A stretch of 40,704 nt of DNA, from the sequence record SRR9188676_834. One strand, given 5' to 3'. Shown here piece by piece: positions 1-7,836 of this stretch. The notes under the pieces were generated by a model. It ran no database searches and had not been told where the DNA came from. It was given only the letters and a program-made list of their open reading frames with translations. Positions within the stretch are counted from its first letter, which is position 1. Each line of letters starts with the position of its first letter. Both the position numbers and the translations under genes were made by a program.

Positions 1-259
1 ACACTTTACAATTTTTCCTATAAGAAAAAATCCTTTGAACTTCAAAAGCATTTCAGCTCACTCATTATCTAGTTGAGAACATTTTTTACCGTATAATAAA
101 TATTCAAGATAATTTACTGGCTAATAGCTATTTGACTTGCTTTTGAATTATTTTTTTTATTAAATTCAAGCATTAGAACAAGTACTACGCTCATTTACAC
201 CTTGTTTTAATATCTCCGAAGTAAGTCAATAGTTTAACACAAAAAACCCCTCTATTACC

Positions 260-880
260 ATGTCAGTAGTTAGAATTATCATTAGCTTCACAAAGTTGAG
301 AGATGATGATTTAGACACAAAAAGTCTTGTCATTATCAATAGTATGACGGGAAATTCTAATTTCCCAAATCCGCAACCATCTTTAGCAGAAATTGAAGTA
401 GCCAGAAGTGCTTATATCAATGCACTTTCGGCTAATCAGACAGGCGGGAAACAGCAAACCTTAGTTAAAAACGAAGCCCGTAAGGACTTAGAAGCCAAAC
501 TCAGGTTATTAGGATTGTATGTGCAGGCAAATTGTAGCAATAATGAAGTCATTGCCCAAGGTTCGGGTTTTGATATTCAGAAAAGTAGAGCACCTTTAGG
601 CATTTTAGACAAACCTAGCAATTTTAAAGTAGAGAATGGTCCAGCATCTGGAACTTTGATTGCTAGTTCAGATAGAGTAGATGGTGCAAAGTCATACGTT
701 TATCAAATAACGACAGCACCCGTAAGCAATACTAGCATTTGGCAAACGGAATTTGCCAGCACCAAAACACACATGTTTGTTGGGCTAACTCCGGGAACAC
801 AATATGCTATAAAAATGGCAGGCATTGGTGTCGAACCCATGTTGATATATTCAGATATACTCACGAAGTTTGTTTCATAG
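260..880 (+). CDS. Fibronectin type III domain-containing protein (N-terminal helical region + C-terminal FN3), no signal peptide
   Basis: 206-aa ORF; C-terminal FN3-like pattern KPSNFKV...V.GAKSY.YQ...GLTPGTQY.IKM.G.G; A-rich region upstream of the ATG. Confidence 0.75.
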   Translation: MSVVRIIISFTKLRDDDLDTKSLVIINSMTGNSNFPNPQPSLAEIEVARSAYINALSANQTGGKQQTLVKNEARKDLEAKLRLLGLYVQANCSNNEVIAQGSGFDIQKSRAPLGILDKPSNFKVENGPASGTLIASSDRVDGAKSYVYQITTAPVSNTSIWQTEFASTKTHMFVGLTPGTQYAIKMAGIGVEPMLIYSDILTKFVS

Positions 881-908
881 CAAAAGTGAGATATTAAAGC
901 AGTAGTAC

Positions 909-942
909 CAGCCCAAGCGAAAGTTTGGGCTGTGGTGTTTTT
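909..942 (+). terminator. Intrinsic terminator after FN3 gene
   Basis: Stem CAGCCCAAGC / GTTTGGGCTG with GAAA loop, then TGGTGTTTTT. Confidence 0.6.
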
Positions 943-1056
943 GGAAGAGATAAAAATGGTTTTGACAAAACAAAAAATAAACATTATAATAAAGATGTTA
1001 GAAATGTTTTGCTTGTTTTGGTAATATGTATGTTGTAAAGCATTTTTTGTTATTTA

Positions 1057-1084
1057 CAATAATCCTGACATCCCTTCGGGATTG
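1057..1084 (-). repeat. REP-like palindromic element (ATCCCGAAGGGAT core)
   Basis: Reverse complement CAATCCCGAAGGGATGTCAGGATTATTG nearly matches AATCCCGAAGGGATGAAAGGATTATAG at 30001-30027. Confidence 0.7.
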
Positions 1085-1187
1085 AATCATAGATGTAAAA
1101 AAGAAGAAGATATAATCAAGATAAAGTTTAAGCAAAAAAATAACGTTTATGAAGTATATTGAGGATAGTAAGTAAGAGATATATCAT

Positions 1188-1228
1188 AAAAAAAGGCTAG
1201 ACAAGTTTTAAATTTGTCTAACCTTTTT
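1188..1228. terminator. Bidirectional intrinsic terminator between convergent genes
   Basis: AAAAAGGCTAGACAA ... TTGTCTAACCTTTTT inverted repeat with A- and T-tracts. Confidence 0.7.
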
Positions 1229-1248
1229 ATAAATCGATTCAACTAATA

Positions 1249-2160
1249 TTAAATCTTAAAGCCGATTGTATCTTTTAAAAATGCTTTACTGATTTCTGCT
1301 GATTGCAAAGGAGTGCGAGTTTTCTCAGGCACGCCGTCTAATTCTACAATTGCCCATTTTTTATAGTTAATCTTTTGAAGATTATCAAAGACCGCTTTCA
1401 AATCTACATTTCCTTGTCCTAATTCTACAAATTTATAAGCTTTAGGATCATTAGGCTTATCTGCCAAAGGACTCTTTACATCTTTAATATGCAATGCTCC
1501 AATGATGTCCTTATATTGTAAAACTGCCTTTGCAGGAATACCTCCTCCTTGATGATAATGAGCAACATCCAATAATAATTTTATGTATTTAGGATTCATC
1601 GCCTGTACAATTACATCTACTTCTTCGGGGGTTTCTCCTAATTGGTGCATGTGATTATGATACACCGCTTGTACTCCTAAATCAGCCGTTTGTTTTCCAA
1701 TCTCATTCATAACGAAAGCCAAACGTTTTAACTCCTCGGTTGTTGGCAATCTATCTTTCGGACGCACAGAATTAGTTAATTGAATAGCGTTTCCACCCAA
1801 CGCTTTTACAAAACTTGCATGAGCTACGTGATAATCAATTGTACTTGCTTCTTTAGCAGGGTCAATCTCAACATTTCCACTAGAAAACATCGCTAAAGAC
1901 AAACCGTTAGAAGAGATTACGTCTTTCAATTCTTGTACTTTGGTTTTATAGGTATCATAGGCATTGGCTCTTAATTGAACACCTTTAAAGCCTAATGAAG
2001 TAATATCTTTCATAGCATCAAGGTCTTTGCCACCCCAAGTAATGGCAGAATATGCTAATTGAAGATTAGGTACTTTAGCCAGACTTTCAAAAGAAAACAG
2101 AGAAGCAGAAGCTAATAAACCTGCTTGATAAAGGAAATCACGACGAGAAATTTCAGACAT
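1249..2160 (-). CDS. Sugar phosphate isomerase/epimerase family (xylose-isomerase-like TIM barrel, IolE-like), Tat-exported
   Basis: SRRDFL twin-arginine signal; YHNH, LLLDVAH, HIKD, FVELGQG, WAIVELD motifs. Confidence 0.85.
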   Translation of the reverse strand: MSEISRRDFLYQAGLLASASLFSFESLAKVPNLQLAYSAITWGGKDLDAMKDITSLGFKGVQLRANAYDTYKTKVQELKDVISSNGLSLAMFSSGNVEIDPAKEASTIDYHVAHASFVKALGGNAIQLTNSVRPKDRLPTTEELKRLAFVMNEIGKQTADLGVQAVYHNHMHQLGETPEEVDVIVQAMNPKYIKLLLDVAHYHQGGGIPAKAVLQYKDIIGALHIKDVKSPLADKPNDPKAYKFVELGQGNVDLKAVFDNLQKINYKKWAIVELDGVPEKTRTPLQSAEISKAFLKDTIGFKI

Positions 2161-2196
2161 TTTCTTAGTTATTTTAGGATATGTAATACTTTATGT

Positions 2197-2204
2197 CAAA
2201 AGTA
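2197..2204 (-). promoter_or_regulatory. Bacteroidota primary-sigma -7 element (TACTTTTG)
   Basis: Matches TAnnTTTG on the minus strand about 37 bp upstream of the 2160 start. Confidence 0.5.
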
Positions 2205-2352
2205 TAAAGCAAGTTTAAACTACTGAAATTCTGAGATTAAAAATAATAGAACTCGCAACGGGAACTCTTACGGTTGTAAGGAGAATAAGATTTTAAAAGA
2301 AAGATTTTGATAAAGTAAAAATTATTGAAAGCTCAAGGCTCAGCACTTAAAG

Positions 2353-3000
2353 CTATAAAGTAACAATTCCTAACTTTATCGCCTCTACAACAATTCCTAT
2401 TCTTGTTTTTACTTTCATTTTATAAAAAGCTTGTTCACGGTAACCATCTACAGTTCTAGCACTACAACACATCAAATCTGCGATTTGATTGTAAGTAAGT
2501 TCTGTACAAGCATGACGAACAAATTCAAGTTCACGGTCGTTCAAACCTAATTCTTTGATGGGATTTTTAACTTTTTCAGGATTCAAGCTCTTTAATAATT
2601 TATCTGTAACGAATTCTGTGTAGTGGAATCCTCTGTTGATAATATTATCTAGAGCCGTTCTGAGTTCAGAAGGTTTACAACCTTTCAGTAAATAACCTTT
2701 AGCGCCATTTCTTAACATTCCGACAATCGCCTCCTCTTTATCGAACATCGAAAGTGCTAATACTTTTACTTCTGGGTAATTATTCTTCAACCATAAAGCC
2801 GTTTCATAGCCATCCATTTCAGGCATATTGATGTCTAGCAACACAACATCTGGAATCATTTTCAATTTAAAGTGCTGAATCAATTCTTTTCCATTACCAA
2901 CCTCGAACATCACTTCAAAAGTTTCCATTTTTTGGACTAAACCTGCCAAAGCATTGGCAAATAAAGTGTGGTCATCTACAATGGCGATTTTGTATTTCAT
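2353..3000 (-). CDS. NarL/LuxR-family response regulator (REC + HTH)
   Basis: VDDH, LLDINMPEMDG, GAKGYLLK receiver motifs; C-terminal LNDRE...TYNQIADLMCCSARTVDGYR LuxR-type HTH. Confidence 0.95.
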   Translation of the reverse strand: MKYKIAIVDDHTLFANALAGLVQKMETFEVMFEVGNGKELIQHFKLKMIPDVVLLDINMPEMDGYETALWLKNNYPEVKVLALSMFDKEEAIVGMLRNGAKGYLLKGCKPSELRTALDNIINRGFHYTEFVTDKLLKSLNPEKVKNPIKELGLNDRELEFVRHACTELTYNQIADLMCCSARTVDGYREQAFYKMKVKTRIGIVVEAIKLGIVTL

Positions 3001-3082
3001 CTTTCAAATCTTAGTGGCTTAAACAAGAGTTGTGAGCGGTCTGACGCAGGGATGACGAATTTTGAGTAGTCGTCTCTACTGT

Positions 3083-3877
3083 TTAAGACAGTAATAACGT
3101 AATTGTAATCTTTGTTTCTTTTCCGATTTCAGAACTAATTTGGCAAGTCCCTCCTATCAATTTTACTCTTCTTTGAATGTTTCTAAGTCCAGCCCCCGAT
3201 TGATTGATTTCATTTTGCTGAATTCTTTCGATATCGAAACCTTTTCCATCATCTTTGATGGTAAGTTCAAAATTTTCGGGACTGTAACTTAAAAGTACTG
3301 TTAAATTTTGGGCTTTAGAATGCTTTAGAGCATTATTTAGAACCTCTTGGGCTACTCTAAATAAAACAATTTCTCGTTCATAACCAAGCGAATACTTTTC
3401 ACCAACAATATTGATTTCAGTAGCAAAGCGTTTTGTTTTACGGATTCTAGCAATTTCGTGCGAGAGACTTTCTTCTAAACCAAATTGTTGTACAAAGTCT
3501 CCATCAAAACTTTTTGTTAGAGCACGTAAATCATTGATAGACTGATTGATAATTTCGTTCGTTTGTTTGATATAACCATCTTTATCATCGCCTTCCTCTT
3601 CCATGACATTCAAATTAATCCTAGCCACAGAAAGCAACTGACCAATATTATCATGCAATTCTTGAGCAATATCCTGTAAAGTCTGGTTTTGGATTTCTAA
3701 TTGAGATTTAAGAATCTCTTGTTCGTAGGCAATTTTGAGGGCTTGCTTTTCTTGACGGTGTTTTGCTTGGCGTTTTTGGAAGAGAATAATAAAACTTACA
3801 ATAAAAGCAGTAAGACCTAAAAAAATAATAGTTCCGAACGCTAATACCAATACTATGTCATCTATCTTCTTTTGCAT
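3083..3877 (-). CDS. HisKA_3-type sensor histidine kinase with a single N-terminal TM helix and no sensor domain
   Basis: IAQELHDNIGQ H-box, QEVLNNALKHS N-box, DDGKGF and GAGLRNI G-boxes; one hydrophobic helix at about aa 8-33. Confidence 0.95.
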   Translation of the reverse strand: MQKKIDDIVLVLAFGTIIFLGLTAFIVSFIILFQKRQAKHRQEKQALKIAYEQEILKSQLEIQNQTLQDIAQELHDNIGQLLSVARINLNVMEEEGDDKDGYIKQTNEIINQSINDLRALTKSFDGDFVQQFGLEESLSHEIARIRKTKRFATEINIVGEKYSLGYEREIVLFRVAQEVLNNALKHSKAQNLTVLLSYSPENFELTIKDDGKGFDIERIQQNEINQSGAGLRNIQRRVKLIGGTCQISSEIGKETKITITLLLS

Positions 3878-4488
3878 GAGAATCCTACAATAAACATAAC
3901 GTATAAAAATATATTAAGAATGGTATTTATATTGAACAAAGGTTTTACTAAATCTGAGTGCATCCTTTCTAAAGTATCAATTAAACCCATTAAGAAAAAA
4001 TTACCAGCATAAAAAGCAAAATTACCTACACTTATCCAAAACATGGGTAGCCTAGCCAAATTAATAACCTCTTCCTTTTGATATAATTCATAAAAATAAA
4101 AAAGAGATAATCCAATAATAAGTAAACACCTTAAAAGAAAATTATAAGGTGTGTCTGTTAAACTCTGAAGGTAAAGAGAGCTAAATGTTGAGAATAAAAT
4201 AAATATAAAAATTGAAAGTAAAGTTAGTTTTTTAGCTATAACACTTTTAAAAGTAGAAGAATAAATATAAGCTATACAGGTGTACTCAATAGGTCCATAA
4301 ATATGGAATAAAATTTGGTTATTCATCTTCAATATCCTATTGATTGTATATCCACTTGTTTCGACAATGATGATAACAATTAATAAAAAAGTAAATACTT
4401 TAAAATAATTTTCATGATATTTTTGATTCTTCAATGAAACAAAAAAGCAAATTATCACAATAATGATATATACAATTTGTAAATACAT
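3862..4488 (-). CDS. Polytopic (about 7 TM) membrane protein, candidate sensory partner of the downstream kinase
   Basis: Highly hydrophobic; overlaps the kinase start by 16 bp; ATG at 4488 (MYLQIV) preferred over the GTG at 4539, which overlaps a hairpin. Confidence 0.8.
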   Translation of the reverse strand: MYLQIVYIIIVIICFFVSLKNQKYHENYFKVFTFLLIVIIIVETSGYTINRILKMNNQILFHIYGPIEYTCIAYIYSSTFKSVIAKKLTLLSIFIFILFSTFSSLYLQSLTDTPYNFLLRCLLIIGLSLFYFYELYQKEEVINLARLPMFWISVGNFAFYAGNFFLMGLIDTLERMHSDLVKPLFNINTILNIFLYVMFIVGFSCKRR

Positions 4489-4537
4489 ATAATCATTTGT
4501 TTTAAAATTTCTCGAAAAATTGATACATAAACATAAC

Positions 4538-4565
4538 ACCTCTACACACTTTTCTGTGTAGAGGT
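4538..4565 (-). terminator. Intra-operon stem-loop (leaky terminator or mRNA stabiliser)
   Basis: Perfect 11-bp arms ACCTCTACACA / TGTGTAGAGGT, 6-nt loop, interrupted U-rich tail on the minus strand. Confidence 0.6.
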
Positions 4566-4586
4566 TAAATCTATATCCATAGCTAT

Positions 4587-5036
4587 TTAGTCTGGTCGTA
4601 ATGTTTTTAACAACTCATATACTTTGCTTGGTGGATGCCCAGTACCATCTTCTTCTCCAAAAATACCTTCTTCAATAATTATCTTTCCAGCAACTATTTT
4701 TTGCACTTTAGTTTTAACAGGATTTAAATCCTTATCAATTGCGAATAAAGCTACTGATATTCTTCCTAAATATTTAACAAAGTAAATTGCTAGCCCTTCA
4801 TAACCAGGTTGCTCTGTTAGTCTTTTGATACTATCTTTATCAAATAAATAAGCTGGATACCTGAAAGCTTTTGCAATAATTTCATTAGATAAATCGCTTA
4901 TCATTACTGCAAGATCCTCTCCACTGTAAGTCTTTCCTCCAATTTCAGGGTCATCAACTTTTGGTATTTCATCTAAGTTATCAATTGTCTCATCATAACT
5001 TCTACTTTTTGTTACAAACAATGTTGCCATAATCAT
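4587..5036 (-). CDS. Hypothetical protein, paralog of 5115-5618; C-terminal EEDGTGHPP motif
   Basis: 149 aa; shares Y..xKxxI, R[IL]S[VI]..[FY][AG][IL]DKxxN and a C-terminal G..xP motif with its neighbour. Confidence 0.75.
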   Translation of the reverse strand: MIMATLFVTKSRSYDETIDNLDEIPKVDDPEIGGKTYSGEDLAVMISDLSNEIIAKAFRYPAYLFDKDSIKRLTEQPGYEGLAIYFVKYLGRISVALFAIDKDLNPVKTKVQKIVAGKIIIEEGIFGEEDGTGHPPSKVYELLKTLRPD

Positions 5037-5114
5037 TAGGGGTTTAAATTGTGAAACGGTTAAATATTTATAGTTAAATTTTATATACTCTTAGTTATAA
5101 AGGCTGGTTGTCAT

Positions 5115-5618
5115 TTATTGATGATTCACAACTGGAGGTTTCCCAATAGGACAACATTGTCCATAATTATCTACTGCTAGAAATGGGTGATTGATATTAT
5201 CAGAATGTTTCCATTCATTTCCATTTTTATCCAATCCGTATACTAGTATTGATAATCTATTATTTACCACTGTAAAAACACATCCAAAGTTTTCTATCTT
5301 GTTTACGGAATTTGTATCCTGTTTTAAAATTTCTTCAATTGCGGCTTTAGGAATTATATATCCTTTAGGAATATCAACTCCCACTTCTGGGTAATCTATA
5401 CGCCAATCTTTAAATCCATTAATCATTTTGGTTGATTCACCTCTACCATAAATTCTATAAGAAAAATTTAGTGTTGAGTTTTCACCTTTGCTATTGTCTT
5501 TCAAACTAGGTACTAACTTCTCTTCCTTTTGTCCTTCTATCGAAGTAGGTTTGAAGTTAAAAATGAGGTTGAGGCTACCAACAAAAATGCCGAGTAATAG
5601 AATCAGTGTATTTTTCAT
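5115..5618 (-). CDS. Hypothetical secreted protein; C-terminal DNYGQCCPIGKPP motif; candidate signal precursor
   Basis: 167 aa; N-terminal signal-like MKNTLILLLGIFVGSL; paralogous core with 4587-5036. Confidence 0.75.
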   Translation of the reverse strand: MKNTLILLLGIFVGSLNLIFNFKPTSIEGQKEEKLVPSLKDNSKGENSTLNFSYRIYGRGESTKMINGFKDWRIDYPEVGVDIPKGYIIPKAAIEEILKQDTNSVNKIENFGCVFTVVNNRLSILVYGLDKNGNEWKHSDNINHPFLAVDNYGQCCPIGKPPVVNHQ

Positions 5619-5742
5619 GATAATTTAAGCGGTTTAAGTTTTAGAATTTGATTTAACTATTTGAAACTACTATTTAATCATCATTTACACAATAGGCATT
5701 TTTACTAAAACCATCAAAATCAACAAATTAAAAGCTTTTTCA

Positions 5743-5789
5743 GGTAAAATACCGTATTTCTACGCTATCAATACGGGGAAAATACGGGG
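5743..5789. promoter_or_regulatory. Phased regulator-binding array: TAC[CG] at 5750, 5761, 5772, 5783; direct repeat AATACGGGG x2
   Basis: Exact 11-bp spacing; overlapping palindromes GGTA-AAA-TACC, AAATAC-C-GTATTT and CGTA-TTTC-TACG. Confidence 0.6.
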
Positions 5790-5888
5790 TTATTTTTTAG
5801 TCTTTTTATACCTTTTTTGATACAAAAAAACTGATAGTTGAATGCTACTTATTTCCACCATGCTAAACCATTCCCCAAAATCTTATGT

Positions 5889-5896
5889 TAATTTTG
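5889..5896 (+). promoter_or_regulatory. Bacteroidota -7 element (TAATTTTG) for the ABC transporter gene
   Basis: Matches TAnnTTTG about 40 bp upstream of ATG 5937. Confidence 0.5.
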
Positions 5897-5936
5897 AAGT
5901 GTTATTGAAAACCACCTCAATATTTCAAACAAATTA

Positions 5937-7694
5937 ATGAGAAAAGAAGAAAAAAGCGGGCAAATATTTGATATACAAATCCTTCAAAGAATTTACAGTT
6001 TCCTTACTCCTTATCGCTTAAGGTTTTGGTCTTTGGTTGTCATCATCATGGTTTCGGCTTGTGTGGTGCCGCTTAATCCATTGTTAATTCGCCATACCAT
6101 TGATAATTATATTGTAGCTGGCAATTATCCGATGCTTGCCAATATGCTTTTGTTGATGATTGGGGTTTTACTCTTACAAGGTTTTCTGCAATTTGTTAGT
6201 GCTTATATGGCTGGTTGGTTAGGACAAACCGTTATTCGTGACATCCGTGTGCAACTATACGAGAAAATACTTTCGCTTCGATTAAAGTTTTTTGATGATA
6301 CGCCCATTGGTCGTTTGGTAACTCGTACTGTTTCAGATATTGAAACGCTTAATGATGTGTTTTCAGAAGGATTAGCGGCAATTGCTGGCGATATTCTGCA
6401 ATTGGTTTTAATTACAGGCGTAATGTTTTGGACAGATTGGCGTTTGACTTTGATTTGTCTTTGTACCGTTCCGTTTATGGTGATTTCCACGTATTTGTTC
6501 AAGGAATATATTAAGAAAAGCTTTAATGAAGTACGCTTGGCAGTTGCCAATTTGAATTCCTTCGTGCAAGAACATATTACAGGAATGAACATTGTTCAAA
6601 TCTTTAATTCCGAGAAATTAGAGTATGACAAATTTCTAAAAATCAACGAAGTACACCGAAATGCACATATTCGTTCTATTTGGGCATATTCTGTTTACTT
6701 TCCAGTTGCCGATGTAATTTTAGCCGCTGGAACAGGTTTAATCGTTTGGTTTGGTTCAAAACAAATTCTTACACATGATATGACATTGGGGACACTCACA
6801 GCTTTTATCATGTTTATGAACTTGTTTTTTCGTCCGATTCGCTTTTTGGCTGACCGTTTTAATACGCTTCAAATGGGAATTGTTTCTACTGAAAGAATTA
6901 TTAAATTGCTAGAATCCGACGAATATGTTGCTAACAATGGTACTTTTAAAGCCGATAAACTAAAAGGAAATGTACGTTTTGAAAACGTTTGGTTTGCTTA
7001 TAATGACGAAGAGTATGTGTTGAAAGATATTTCCTTTGAAGTAAAACAAGGAGAGACCATTGCTTTAGTCGGAGCAACAGGCGCTGGGAAATCATCAACA
7101 ATTAATTTATTAAGCCGTTTTTACGAAATCAATAAAGGTAAAATTTTTGTGGACGATGTCGATTTACAGGACTATGAATTAAATAGTTTGAGAAGTAAAA
7201 TTGGCGTGGTTTTGCAAGATGTATTTTTGTTTTCTGACACAATTGAAAACAATATTACTTTAGGCGATAAAAGCATTACTAGAGAAAAAATCATTGAAGC
7301 CGCAAAATTGGTTGGTGCGCATGATTTTATCGAACGTTTGCCTGATGGCTACGATTACAATGTGATGGAGAGAGGTGCGACGCTTTCTGTTGGACAAAGA
7401 CAATTGATTTCATTTGTAAGAGCCTTGGTTCACGACCCGAAAGTAATTGTATTGGACGAAGCTACTTCGTCTGTCGATACCGAAACAGAAGAAATGATTC
7501 AGAATGCTATCGCTAAATTGATGAAAGGCAGAACGGCTATCGTGATTGCTCACCGACTTTCAACCATTCAGAATGCACACAAAATTTTGGTATTAGATAA
7601 AGGAGAAATCAAAGAAGAAGGTACACACGATGAGCTTTTAGAAAAAGATGGTTGGTATGCAAGTTTACATAAAATGCAGTTTGTAACGGCGTAG
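5937..7694 (+). CDS. ABC exporter, fused permease/ATP-binding subunit (MsbA/multidrug type)
   Basis: Multi-TM N-terminal domain; Walker A GATGAGKS, signature LSVGQRQ, Walker B VIVLDEATS, H-loop IAHRLST. Confidence 0.95.
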   Translation: MRKEEKSGQIFDIQILQRIYSFLTPYRLRFWSLVVIIMVSACVVPLNPLLIRHTIDNYIVAGNYPMLANMLLLMIGVLLLQGFLQFVSAYMAGWLGQTVIRDIRVQLYEKILSLRLKFFDDTPIGRLVTRTVSDIETLNDVFSEGLAAIAGDILQLVLITGVMFWTDWRLTLICLCTVPFMVISTYLFKEYIKKSFNEVRLAVANLNSFVQEHITGMNIVQIFNSEKLEYDKFLKINEVHRNAHIRSIWAYSVYFPVADVILAAGTGLIVWFGSKQILTHDMTLGTLTAFIMFMNLFFRPIRFLADRFNTLQMGIVSTERIIKLLESDEYVANNGTFKADKLKGNVRFENVWFAYNDEEYVLKDISFEVKQGETIALVGATGAGKSSTINLLSRFYEINKGKIFVDDVDLQDYELNSLRSKIGVVLQDVFLFSDTIENNITLGDKSITREKIIEAAKLVGAHDFIERLPDGYDYNVMERGATLSVGQRQLISFVRALVHDPKVIVLDEATSSVDTETEEMIQNAIAKLMKGRTAIVIAHRLSTIQNAHKILVLDKGEIKEEGTHDELLEKDGWYASLHKMQFVTA

Positions 7695-7728
7695 ATTAGC
7701 TTTGAGATGTGAGCGATGAGCTTTCAGA

Positions 7729-7770
7729 AAAATCAATAGGGATGGACAAAAGTCCATCCCTATTGATTTT
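7729..7770. terminator. Bidirectional intrinsic terminator
   Basis: Perfect 19-bp inverted repeat AAAATCAATAGGGATGGAC / GTCCATCCCTATTGATTTT between convergent genes. Confidence 0.85.
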
Positions 7771-7836
7771 AATATTGATATTTCAAGATTTATGACACAA
7801 AAATCTGAAATTTATATTCCAAAATCCATAATCGGA

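Noticed and set aside
703-984. 93-aa minus-strand ORF
   Set aside because: Antisense shadow of the FN3 gene and its terminator; no recognisable motif
3040-3080. Imperfect GTAGAGACG-type palindrome between kinase and regulator genes
   Set aside because: Degenerate and single in the window; possibly an old REP but not supportable
4489-4539. GTG-initiated N-terminal extension of the membrane protein
   Set aside because: Start overlaps a hairpin; ATG 4488 gives a cleaner TM-first protein
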